Assembly (NCBI RefSeq): GCF_000372725.1
Contig: NW_005202428.1
Location: 2,890,670 to 2,954,669 of the forward strand
Length of the DNA stretch: 64,000 bases
Reading direction: 5' to 3'
From: Emiliania huxleyi CCMP1516
Taxonomy: Eukaryota
The stretch's first letter is position 1. Each line of letters opens with the position of its first letter. The translations under genes were made by a program, and so were the position numbers. Below the pieces are notes generated by a model. That model worked only from the letters and a program-made list of their open reading frames with translations. It searched no databases and was not told the DNA's origin. Below, in pieces: positions 43,034 through 53,604 of the stretch.

Positions 43034-43981
43034 CTATTTCCGCGAGGTGCGGGCGCGCTTCTGGATGCCGCGGCTCGCCGCCGCCTTGCCCTTTCCACCG
43101 CTCGGCGGGCTGCCGCCTGGCGGGAAGAGGGGTGGGGAGGGGTGGCTGAGCTGGGCGGGCGCAGCAGAAGTCGGCGTCACCTCCCCGCCGGCGCCTGGGG
43201 TGGGTCTGGCCTTGCGCGGCCGGGCGGCCTCCCGCGCCGCCATCGCGTCCTTGGCGGCCACCTCGAGCGCCTCCTCAGTGTTTGCGGGCATCTGGCGCTG
43301 GTCTCTTCGGCTCGAGGCGCTCTCCTGCCTCTCCCTGCGCAAGGCAAGCGGGCGGGCGAGTGGGGGGGGAGTGAGGCCCGGGCGGGCCGACGGAGCGGGG
43401 AGGTGCGGCCTGCGCGTGCGCTCGATCTCCGACGCCACCTCCAGCCTCTCCTCCAGCACCGGCTCGTCCTCCCACCTGCGAGAGGCGACCGTGGGCTGGG
43501 GCGAGGAGGGAGTGGGGAGGGGGCGGCGTGCGGCGTGCGGCGTGCGACGGCGGCGCGCGGCGGCGGGCGTGCGGGCTGGCGAGGGGAGGCGTGGGCGGCG
43601 GGCGGCGGCGGCGGCACGGCGAGCGGCGCACTGAGAGAGCAGCTGCGCTTTGACGCTCGACTCGAGGTAGCCGCTCGCCGCGTACTCGTCCTTGCCGTGC
43701 TTATCGGCGAGGGTGACGCTGTAGGTGCCGAAGAGTTTGGGGCTCAGGCCGAGGGACACATTGTCCGCTTCCGGCACGCCGCCGCCGCCAAACAGCTCTC
43801 GTTCAAACTCGAGCACCGTGCAGTTTGGCTGAAAGCGCACGCGGCGTGCCCGGGAGAGGCCGACGCTCCGCAAAGCGCCAGTGAGGAGGCCAGCCGACTT
43901 TCGTCGCGCGGAACCGAGCAGCGAGTTGACGAGCCTCCAGCCCGAGGGCTCGCCCGACGATGAGGAACTTGGCCGGCTCAT
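43034..43981 (-). CDS. CSRNP N-terminal-like protein, multi-exon
   Basis: RRVRF...VLEFERELFGGGGVP....SLGL; basic C-terminus QKRARTSRK*. Confidence 0.55.
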   Translation of the reverse strand: MSRPSSSSSGEPSGWRLVNSLLGSARRKSAGLLTGALRSVGLSRARRVRFQPNCTVLEFERELFGGGGVPEADNVSLGLSPKLFGTYSVTLADKHGKDEYAASGYLESSVKAQLLSQCAARRAAAAARRPRLPSPARTPAAARRRRTPHAARRPLPTPSSPQPTVASRRWEDEPVLEERLEVASEIERTRRPHLPAPSARPGLTPPPLARPLALRRERQESASSRRDQRQMPANTEEALEVAAKDAMAAREAARPRKARPTPGAGGEVTPTSAAPAQLSHPSPPLFPPGGSPPSGGKGKAAASRGIQKRARTSRK

Positions 43982-44743
43982 GCGAGTGGGGCTAATCCCT
44001 GAGAGCGCGAAGGCGCGCGCGCGCGTTTCTTTTCCAGTGCGGTGCCCGACCCTACCTACCTGGGAGTAAAGTTGTAAAATTCTTTTCCAAATCATAGTCC
44101 TTTGATGCTGCAGAAGCACGTAGTCGTTCTTCACACAGCCATCGCAGAGCAGATTGTGAATTGTGCGTTTATGTGTGAATATGGTATTTTCTTCTCAATA
44201 ACAAGGCTGTGAATGAGCTTGCCTGCGGCGAGCGCGAGCGAGGGCGGTCGAGTGCACGGAGCTAAGTGCCTCGCCGTCCTCGCAGGAGTCGCTTAGGCGG
44301 CTCCCGTGGTGTACCTGCGTCAGTGCCAGTGCGCGCCAGTCCCGTGCCCAGTGATTCTGCCAGTGTCGTGCGAGGGAGCGTGGTTGTAAAATTCTTTTCC
44401 AGACGGCTGTCTGTGTGCTGTGAGGAGGCTGGGAGCCAGAGAGCAGAGTTGTATTTGTTGAATTCTTTTCCGTATTCCGTTATGCGAGGACTTCAAGTCG
44501 GTCATCAGTCTTTCCCACCTCGTAGCACCGAGGACGGGCCCACACGCACACACACGCTGCACACGATTGATTGGGCTCGGGCGGGCGGGAGCCGACACGA
44601 GCGAGGCGCGCTGTCACCGGCTGTAGCACTGGGTCCGGACTGCTGGACGCACAGCACACACACAGCTCACAGGACAGCTCACGAGGTGGCGCTATATAGT
44701 GGATTTCGCGGGGACTGGCGCAGGAGAAGAAGCTGAGCCCTGG

Positions 44744-44975
44744 CCTCGACACCTCGACACCAAAACCTCGACACCAACTCGACACCTCGACACCCCCTGG
44801 CCTTGCCAACTCGACACCCTCGACACCCCTCGACACCCCTCGACACCATCTCGACACCATCTAGGTGTTGCCATGCTCGTCTCCGTGTCAAGGTGCCAAA
44901 CTCGACACCTCGACACCCTCCCCTCGACACCGCTCGACACCGGCTCGACACCACCTCGACACCAGCTCGACACCT
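44744..44975 (+). repeat. CTCGACAC(C) motif array, probably a DNA-transposon subterminal region
   Basis: More than a dozen copies of CTCGACAC in about 230 bp. Confidence 0.8.
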
Positions 44976-45349
44976 CTGATGATCCTAACACAGCGCAGAG
45001 ACGTATAGACCCATTTGGAGTCACAGACTTAGAAAATCAGGGTTGCAGCAGCAATTCAAACTTGGCTGGCAGTGCTTTCATCCCTCAGTTGCAGCCTCTC
45101 AAAAGTTCTAGCTCAAGTTGCAGCTCAGTTGCACCCCTGTTGATGTAGCAACCATGGCAGTACTCAGGTAGCCTTCACGCTTCAGGTCTGCACAGCACCT
45201 TGTACAGTGTGGGGCAATGAATCCTCACACCACCAGTGAGCTTGTCGCCACGGCTACTACATTTCCTGCGCCAAGTACGTGTACGACGCCAAGGAGGCGG
45301 CTGGTGAGACAGTCACCATCGGTATGCGGAAGGGCGACCAGCTTGCATA

Positions 45350-46200
45350 CGGATCGAAGGACATTCCGTGCGAGCACAACATTCGTCACAACGGCACCAT
45401 GTATGCGGCGGCCAACCATGGTCCGTGCACGAGCCTGCGGCAAGCTCGTGCTCGGTGACAAGGCGAACCCTCAGACGACTTTTCATCTCAACGTCGAGGG
45501 ACATGTGTGAGATCGGCGGAGACCTGCATGCAGTCCCAGCGCGATGTCCACTACGAAATCAAGGTGCCTAGCGCCCTCACGAAGACGAGGCAGCAGGCTG
45601 GGCAGGGCTCGGCGGCACACGGCGAATGCTGTACGTGCGTCACTGGGCCACAAATTTGGTTTCGGCGGCACCCTCGACCAATGCAAACCTTGCTCAAGGT
45701 TTCTTGCTTGGGTGCAAAGAGCGCGGCCACGACAAGTCACAGGGCCCGCTCGTCCATGCGACCGGCAAAGGCTGGGTCAAAGAGCACAAGGGACAGTACT
45801 ACGACGCGCTCCATGTCAAGAACGGAATCGTCAAAATTTGTCTCGTCGAAAGCCAGTGTTGCGGCATCGGCCATCGATCGCGCCGCCAACCAAGAGAATC
45901 ATCATCTTCAACTTCGCCAAAGAGGTCGGCAGCCCGAGCGCCGTCGACCGCACCGACTACGCACAGCCTCCGGCAGCGCCCGGGGCTTCGCCCAGCACCA
46001 CTCGCAACAGCTCTCGCGCGCCGCCGTCTGTGGCGACGCGCAAAACATCAACAACGCTGCTCGCAACATGCGTGTCGCGCACTCATTCATGACCGGTCTC
46101 AATGTCCCACCCCCCTGCGCGCGGGCCTTCTAGGCCCGCGGGTAGTCTCACGTGAGTGAGTACACACACACACACACACACACACACCCACACACCTACA
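45350..46200 (+). mobile_element. Frameshifted CRE-like retrotransposon endonuclease region (family B), followed by (CA)n
   Basis: HNIRHN...LVLGDKANP...HYEIKVP...GHKFGFG...TGKGWVKEHKGQYYDAL...CARAF*. Confidence 0.75.
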
Positions 46201-46214
46201 ACCTCTGTCACAGA

Positions 46215-46630
46215 CCTAGATGTTAAATACACAGGGTGGGGGTAGCAAATACACAAAATACACTGTGTTTTTGGCCTGTGAGCAAATACACAGCAAATAC
46301 ACAGCCAAATACACAGTCAGTGGTGGCGGTGCCGGTGGTTGGCAGACCAGGGAGTCACATGCACAAATGGTCAAGTCCCAATCCGAAATACCAAAAAGCT
46401 CAATTACCTGTCTTCAAGTGACCGACTCCCAAGGTCAAATGTTGGTCAAAGCTGCGAAAAATCAATGAAAACTCACGAAATACGGCAAATTTTCCTTCGC
46501 CTGCGGCGCGCTGGTAGGATCTAGTGGTCCCCATCGAGTGTGTATCCTGGCTTTGTGGGAGCAAATACACAAAATACACTGTGTTTTCAGCCCAAGTCCA
46601 AATACACAAAATACAGACTTAACATCTAGG
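46215..46630. mobile_element. 416-bp MITE with 8-bp TSD (hAT/P-like)
   Basis: TIR CCTAGATGTTAA / TTAACATCTAGG; GTCACAGA at 46207-46214 and 46631-46638; AAATACAC subterminal repeats. Confidence 0.9.
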
Positions 46631-46677
46631 GTCACAGACCAGCGCCTTCGATAGGACTAGGACGACTTCTGTGACAT

Positions 46678-48225
46678 ATGCCGCGCAGCTCGCCCGATCC
46701 GTCCACGCCGCGCTCCACGTACTCGCTGCGGCCCCGGACGCGTCCTCGCGTGGAGGCCCCGCTTCGGCTGACCGACCTCTTCGACGACGTCCTCGAGCAG
46801 TGCCTCCCGCTGCAGATTGCGGACGCTGCGCGCGCGGCGGCCTCGTGCCGTGCGCTGCTCCGGGCGTGGCAGCGCCCCTCCTTCGCCCGGCGCCTCGAGC
46901 TCCCCGACACGCCGATGCGCGCGGACGGCGCGCTCGCCTGCCTGAGGAGGCTCGCGGATGCCGGCAACCCGAGCGCGCGCTTCCGCCTCGGAGTCGCGCG
47001 AGTGTACGAGTCTTCGGCCGCGGAGGCGGGGGAGGGTTACGAGGAGGGGCTCCGCCTCCTCAAATCGCTCGCCGAGCCGCCTCCCGAAGAGAACCTCGGT
47101 GCCCTCCGAGGCGACGCCCTCTTTGAGATCTGGCGCCTCCGCACCCCCCGCACCCTCTCTCTGCCCCGCGCGTACCTCAGGGGCAGGGGGGGGGTCGAGC
47201 TGCGGCCTCCCCTCTCCCCCCTGCCCCCCTGCCCCCCTGCCCCCCTGCCCCCCTGCCCCCCTGCCCCCCTCGCCCCTCGCCCCTCGCCCCTCGTCCCTCC
47301 CCCTCACCCCTCGCCCCTCCCCCTCCCCCTCCCGCCTCCCCCTCCCCCTCCCCCTCCCGCCTCCCCCTCGCGGCTGGCTACGCGCTCACGCCCTGCGGCG
47401 CCGGCGAGCAGGCACTTGACCAAGGACGGCGACGAGAGGGAGCGGTTGCTGCGGCGTGCCGCCTCCGAGGGCCACGTCGCATCGCAGATCGAGCTGCACG
47501 GCACGTCGAAGAGCCACCTGCAGACGCTTGGCCTCCGCCGGCCGCTCGACGCGTCCGGGGCAGCCAGCCTAGTAGCAGTCAGCCTAGTAGCAGCGACCGT
47601 CGCAGCGAGCCGTCGCAGCGAGCAGCACACTCTCGCCTCGCCCCGCCCCCGCGCCTCTCGCCTGTGCCTCTTCCCGGCCTGTGCCTCTCCCCGGCCTGGC
47701 TCACCGCGACTAGCCCTGACCCTAACCCGAGCCCCCCCCTCGCCGCAGGTCTTCTCCCCGGCCTGGCTCACCGCGAGCGAGAACATCCTCGCTAGCCCGT
47801 CTGCGGAGCGCGACCGCGAGGAGGCGAGCGGCACGGCGCCGCCCGCGACGCGTGCACGGCACGTCCACGACACGTCCACGACGCGTCCCTCAGGCGACCG
47901 CCTCGCGCCACTATTGCGACCGGCCGGGCTGCGTGCGCTGGCGCTTCCGCAAGAGGGAGGTTCGGAAGCGGGAGGCGGTCGGCCTGACAGGCTCGCCATA
48001 CATCCGGCTCTGGAAGTGCGGCCGCTGCCGCTGCGCCTGCTACTGCTCGAAGGCCTGCCAGACGCTGGCGTGGCCTCGCCCGCACCGCGAGGCAGCCGGA
48101 GGGAGGGCGAAGGGCGGCGTGGCGCGCTCGGGGCCTCAGCTTGCCCGGCGGTGTCTCTGTAGGAGTGCGACCGCATCCTGGGCTTGCACGCGAACGCCCT
48201 TCTCGCTGCCGGCATGGATGCTTGA
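46678..48225 (+). CDS. F-box-like + Sel1-like + MYND zinc-finger protein, multi-exon
   Basis: LTDLFDDVLEQC...AASCR; ADAGNPSARFRLG; AASEGHVASQ; CDRPGC...KCGRCRCACYCSKACQTLAW...EC. Confidence 0.8.
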
Positions 48226-48897
48226 CTAGGGTCGGGGGGAGGGCAACGCCGAGCTGTCGCGCGGCATGCAGCGCGGGCGTCGAGCCGGCGGGAGGCGGGG
48301 TCAACGGGAGGTGGATGGTGAGCATGGGCCGAGGATGGCGATGGGGGCGATGAGGCCGGCCGCGGCAGCGGTGAGCCAGCTTGCGGCGGGCTGGGAGAGC
48401 CGGATAGAGAGGCGGGATTGCTGCCGCTCTCTCTCAGTCTCCCCGCCGCACGCGCGATCCGGGGACTGGAATGACGATCACGGGGAACGGGTGTGGTGCG
48501 CCCAGCTCTTGTGGCGGGCGCGTCTCTCAGGACTCAGAGGTCTCCTCTCGCTCTGGCGACCGTGTATGATTAAAAAGAAGGAAGAAGGGCGAAGCCGAAG
48601 GGAGAGGGGGACGGGACAGCGCACGCCGCCGCCACAAAGGGAATTTTACGAGAGGTTTGGCCTCTTTGTGCGTTTGTGGGACTTTTTCCTACTTTCCTCT
48701 TCGAGCACGCTCTTGGAGCACTACTTGGTCTTGGTAAAGCCGTACTTGGAGTGCAGTCATCAGCCTCACACCGCCAGGACCGGAGCTAAAAAAGAAAGAA
48801 AGGGAAACGTACAATTCAAAAGAGGGATGGGAGGACGGCACGCCGCCACCACACACCACATACAGGGAGATTTCACTGTGCTCTGTGGTGTGTGAGT

Positions 48898-50016
48898 GCG
48901 GGTCAGGAGGCCCTAAAACGGCGGGAGGGGTAGGGGTGCCGCTGTAGGGGTGTGGAGGGGTCGGGAGGGCGGGAGTGTGGACCGTGACCTAAAGCCCTCC
49001 ACCGGCAGAGGTGTCAGGCGGCAGGGCCCAGGAGGGGTGGGGGCTGGGAGGGCTGGCCAAAAGCGAGGCGTAGGAGGGCTCGTGAGGGCTTGGGAGGGGT
49101 GGAGAGCTCGGAGGGGTCGGAGGGCTCAGAGGGCAGAGAGGCACGAGGGTGGCGCTGGTGGGCTCGTGAGGGCTCGGGAGGGCTCACAAGGGATGGAGTG
49201 CCCGGAGGGCTCGGAGGGGCGAGCCGCCGAACCGGGCTCGGGGGGCTCGGAGGGCTCGGAGGGCTCGGAGGGCTCGGAGGGCTCGGAGGGCTCGGAGGGC
49301 TGGAGGGCTCCAGTAGGGCTCGGAGGGGTCTGGAGGGCTCGGAAGCTCGAGCCCTCCGAGCCCTCCGAGCCCTCTTGGCGCGCAGAAGACCATAAGCCGC
49401 GACCTCGATTCTATTATCCTTCCTCGANNNNNNNNNNNNNNNNNNNNNNNNNNNNNNNNNNNNNNNNNNNNNNNNNNNNNNNNNNNNNNNNNNNNNNNNN
49501 NNNNNNNNNNNNNNNNNNNNNNNNNNNCGGAGGGCTCGAGGGCTCAAGGATCGACCCCTCCGAGCCCTAATGGAGCCCTCCAGCCCTCCAGCCCTCCGAG
49601 CCCTCCGAGCCCTCCGAGCCCTCCGAGCCCTCTTGGGGGGCAGAAGAACATAAGCCGCGACATCGTTTTTTTTATCTTTTTGCGACCCCTCCCGGAGGGC
49701 CCTTCCGACCCCTCTCGAGCCCTACCGCCACGAAGATCCTCCCTTGTCCGACCGTCCCTCCGAGCCCACCCGGCGTCCGGGGAGGGGGTTAGCCCTGTGG
49801 AGCCCTCCCGACGCCGATCCGACGGGGACCCCTCCAGCCCTGTGGGCTGGCGAGCCCTCCGGTCGGAGGGGTGGAAGTGGGAGGGCTCGAGGACGGACCT
49901 CTCTCGCTCCGGGAGGGTGGAGGGGTGCAGGGTGGAGGGGGTGGAGGGGTGGCTGAGCCCTCTAGCTCTTCCGATAAGCCCTACCCCTCCCGCCGTTTTA
50001 GGGCTTGCTGACCCGC
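48898..50016. mobile_element. Foldback/TIR element rich in (GAGGGCTCG)n, inserted in a retroposon tail; spans the gap at 49428-49527
   Basis: GCCCTAAAACGGCGGGAGGGGTAGGG (48910-48935) and its reverse complement (49979-50004); TGTGGTGTGTG at 48884-48894 and 50019-50029. Confidence 0.8.
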
Positions 50017-50029
50017 TATGTGGTGTGTG

Positions 50030-50411
50030 GAAGGAAGGTGTTGCTAGCCGCCCGCCCACCCTACATGCCACCCTAACCCTGTGCCGGTCTGCAGTCTCTT
50101 TCTATCTCTCTTCGCACGAGTCCCTCGCCGATTCTCGCTGCAACCTTCATGCCACCTCGCGGTTGTCCCACTCTCGTCGTTCTCTCTCTTGTCGCTTCAT
50201 CCTCTGTCGCGTCGCTCTCCTCTGCCTCGACCCTCGTGGCTCGGTCCTGCGACGCCGCCGCCTGCTGATCCCTTGTGCTCTCCTTTGCTCTCGCGGCTTC
50301 TCCCGCCTTTCGGCGCAACTCTGCCCTCCTCGCGGCATATTTTGGCCCCTCGAGTTTATCAAGCTCTCCTCACGCAAGGACGACTCTTCTGACACCCACT
50401 CCGATCATTTG
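50030..50411 (-). mobile_element. RVGDG*-family retroposon fragment whose tail lies at 48783-48870
   Basis: RRKAGEAARA...GMKVAARIGEG; continuous with the tail on the other side of the foldback element. Confidence 0.75.
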
Positions 50412-50637
50412 GAGAGAGAGATTTTAGCCCCCCGCTACCCGGTTGCACTCGTGCGACGTAGCGGGGGGCCACAACTACGTTTACGAAAACATAAGTTGTT
50501 GCGCGAGGTGTGAATTGTTCCGCCCCCAGAAGCCCCATTTCGCCTCGAGTCGCAGCAAATCTTTTGACGATGCACGCGCCCCAAAAGCGGCGGCAAAGGG
50601 CGGGTGACCGCAGTGCGTTCGCCGTTGCCTCTGAGGA

Positions 50638-52080
50638 ATGGCCGAGGCCGGCGCGAAGGCTGCAGTCGCTGCGCTCAAGGACGCGACCCTGATCAAGTCC
50701 AAGAAGGCCGACTGGCGGCTCGTCGCCGCGGCGCAGGCCATGCTCCGCGGCGATCACCCAGATGAGTTCGCCGCGGCTGCGGCGATGGGCAAGCCGATAA
50801 AGCAGCGGAGGGAGGTCTCAAACTGGTTGGACAAGCTCCGCGAGCTGGAGCGGATGCGCGCGTCGCTGCGCAGCCAGCCCGGGGGCAGCGGATCGGCGGC
50901 GGGCAGCAGCTTTCTCGCGCAGGTGGGCAGCAGCCTCCTCGCACAGCCTTGCTGGATTGACGAGCATGCACCGGGCGTGCAGCAGCTGCGCGTGTCGGCG
51001 CCGGTCATCTCGCCCGGCAAGCAGCACGCGACGCGCTCGCTCAGCGCGGTTGTGACGACGCCGCTCGGCTCGAAGCGTCCGGCCAGCGCGACGGTCGAAT
51101 ACACGCTGCCACCCGACGGCGAGCCGGCGAGCGCCTCAAAGCGGCGCGGCGACCGGCACCGCAAGCGCGAGGAGCGCGCCATCAGGTCAATGGACTTCAG
51201 CGAAGCAGCGCAGACCCACGCCTGGGTACGGCTGCCAGTCGATGCGCCACCGTATGGGCTTTCTGCGGAGCTGCTGCTCAGTTCGGCTTGGATTACGCGG
51301 CATCTGACCCTGATCGAGCCGGGGAGCTTGGTGGTGGGCGAGCTGCAGCTCGTTGACGAGTTGACTGCTTTTCGCGAGATCCACGTGACGGTCGACGACG
51401 CCCACTTCCGCCCCTTGTGCGGATTTCCCGGATATTTATATCCGAACGTAGGCGATTTAGATGACTACCTCAAGAATCCGGTAGCCCCAGACGGGGAGAA
51501 GTGGCCGTCGTCGATGTTGGAGAGTAATTGCTGTGGTGCGCCAGTGCAGCTGATGACGATCACCTCCGACGTGAATGGGGTAGGGCGATCAACAGATGCT
51601 ACGATGGTTGCTTGGCTGCGTCACGACTTCGAAAGTGATGGCTGGGACCACGTCGCCTGGGACTTGGTAGGACGCCACCAAGTCAGTGGCGCGGTGGCGA
51701 TGGGACGTGTGCCTGAGACGTCGTATGAGTACCTTGCAAAGTTCTATGATGATTTCTATGGAGACAGAGCCACGTTGCGGCAAGACCAAGCCATCATATC
51801 ATCTCTGACTGCGTCGAAGACCTGTGCTCAATGCAAGGGTGATGTGCCGGATGTTGCGGTGCGCTGGCGATGCGATGCGTGCGACTTTGATTGTTGCTTG
51901 GCGTGCGGCACCTCGCAGCAGGAGGACGGCCTTAGTACGGCGGTGGGGTATGATCTGCCTCCCGCGGCGGGAGAGTCCCAAGCCGAGAGCAATCGTCGCA
52001 GGGAGCGTCACCGCAAACGCGAGGAGGCAGCTATTCGCGATCTTCACAGGTGGTGCGTGGGAGGTCGCGTGTGCGCGTGA
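50638..52080 (+). CDS. Intronless 480-aa protein with ZZ-like Cys cluster and a duplicated YxLPP..GE...RHRKREE.AIR motif; probably TE cargo
   Basis: Long ORF; CAQC...RWRCDACDFDCCLAC; flanked by GCCCCCCGCTAC (50427) and GTAGCGGGGGGC (52131). Confidence 0.65.
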   Translation: MAEAGAKAAVAALKDATLIKSKKADWRLVAAAQAMLRGDHPDEFAAAAAMGKPIKQRREVSNWLDKLRELERMRASLRSQPGGSGSAAGSSFLAQVGSSLLAQPCWIDEHAPGVQQLRVSAPVISPGKQHATRSLSAVVTTPLGSKRPASATVEYTLPPDGEPASASKRRGDRHRKREERAIRSMDFSEAAQTHAWVRLPVDAPPYGLSAELLLSSAWITRHLTLIEPGSLVVGELQLVDELTAFREIHVTVDDAHFRPLCGFPGYLYPNVGDLDDYLKNPVAPDGEKWPSSMLESNCCGAPVQLMTITSDVNGVGRSTDATMVAWLRHDFESDGWDHVAWDLVGRHQVSGAVAMGRVPETSYEYLAKFYDDFYGDRATLRQDQAIISSLTASKTCAQCKGDVPDVAVRWRCDACDFDCCLACGTSQQEDGLSTAVGYDLPPAAGESQAESNRRRERHRKREEAAIRDLHRWCVGGRVCA

Positions 52081-52166
52081 CCGTGCTCCGTGGTGTATTT
52101 ATTTCGAGTTTTGGGACTTTTTGTGTAAATGTAGCGGGGGGCCCCGCCGGAGGCTGGTTACTGATT

Positions 52167-52585
52167 GAAAACCAACAAGAAATCACGACTCTCACAGTGA
52201 TTTGGGCGCTCGGCAGCTTGTCAGCCCTCAGCCGAAGCTGGGGCCGGTCCGGTAGCCGAGAGAGCCCGCGCCGATGAGTTCGACGCGGTCGGGAGGCCTT
52301 TGCGGAGAGACCAGCGAGGTGACGATCGCTGTACTTCATGGTGTCATCAAGTGACCGGCTGACAAGCCAGAGGTCGATACTCTGGACGACCCCATAGGAT
52401 GCCACGAATGCCTGAAGGAGAGGGAGGCGAGGCCAGAGGCAGACTCAGTTGCTCTCGGGTGATCTCGCTTTGGTGGCCGAAGGACCCGATGGTCCTGTCA
52501 CTTTCGCGTTCCGAGTCGTGGGGGTAGAAGATTGCGGGGGGGCATCGAGTCAGCACTTCCTTGTAGTACAGCGGACCGCCAGGAT
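52167..52585 (-). pseudogene. Frameshifted copy of the 32469-32963 ORF
   Basis: High nucleotide similarity; reading frame broken at GILW|VVQSID. Confidence 0.7.
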
Positions 52586-53465
52586 CATTTGCCGCCAACC
52601 ACAAGTCATGTCGTTGCTCAGGTCCACTCTCGTGTCGGACACTTGTACCTCCACAGATAATGATGTTGGCGCTGGGGTCCCCTTCGGGTGCATCGTGACA
52701 GCGACGGCGGGATTACCACTGGTGTTCCGTCCAGGGCGAAAGAAAGAAAGAAAACAGACAAGACAAGGGAGGGATGGGAGGACGGCACGCCGCCACCACA
52801 CAGGGATTTTAAGGAGAGGAGTGTGGTGCTAGCCGTCGCCCACCCTAACCCTTGGTCGTCTGCCTCTTTCCATCTCTCTTCGCAGTCCCTCGCCGATTCT
52901 CGCTGCAACCTTCATGCCACCTCGCGGTCGTCCCACTCTCGTCGTTCTCCCTCCTGTCGCTTCCTCCTCTGTCGCGTCGCTCTCGTCTGCCTCATCCTGC
53001 GACGCCGCCGCCGCCTGCCGATCCCTTGCTCTCGCGGCTTCTCCCGCCTTTCGGCGCAACCTCGCGGCATATTTTGGCGCGTGAACAGGGCTCCAGGCCC
53101 CAAATGACGTGTGAGTGTTAGAGTTGTTTGGTATTGCTAAAAATCTCTCTCTCTCTATTTTGGCCCCTCGAGTTTATCGAGCTCTCCTCGCGCAAGGACG
53201 ACTCTTCTGACGCCCACTCCGATCATTTGCCGCCAAGTCATATCGTTGCTCAGGTCCACTCTCTCTTCGAAAACTTGTACCTCCACCGATGATGTTGCTT
53301 GTTGGCGCTGGGGTCCCCTTCGGGTGCATCGTTACAGCTGACGACGGGATTACCGTCCAGGGCGAAAGAAAGAAAGAAAGAAAACACACAACAAAGGGAG
53401 GGATGGGAGGACGGCACGCCGCCACCACACAGGGATTACCGTCCAGGGCGAGCTAAAAAAAGAAA
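52584..53465 (-). mobile_element. Head-to-tail array of RVGDG*-family units with a nested CRE-A tail
   Basis: Junction CGTCCAGGGCG|AAAGAAAG at 52738 and 53364; CRE-A tail at 53079-53155. Confidence 0.8.
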
Positions 53466-53604
53466 GAAGCGCACAGGAGGGATCCGGCGAGCTAAGAAGC
53501 CCAGTCAGCCTGAGCTCAGTTCGGGCTGCCTGTCGTTTAGCGTCGGATTCTGAGGCGACTACTTCGCCAGAGCTGCTCCGACTACAGTACAGGCTGCTCG
53601 TAGC

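Noticed and set aside
49345..49665. Duplicated sequence on both sides of the N gap
   Set aside because: It may be an unmerged contig overlap or allelic reads; cannot be treated as a real duplication.
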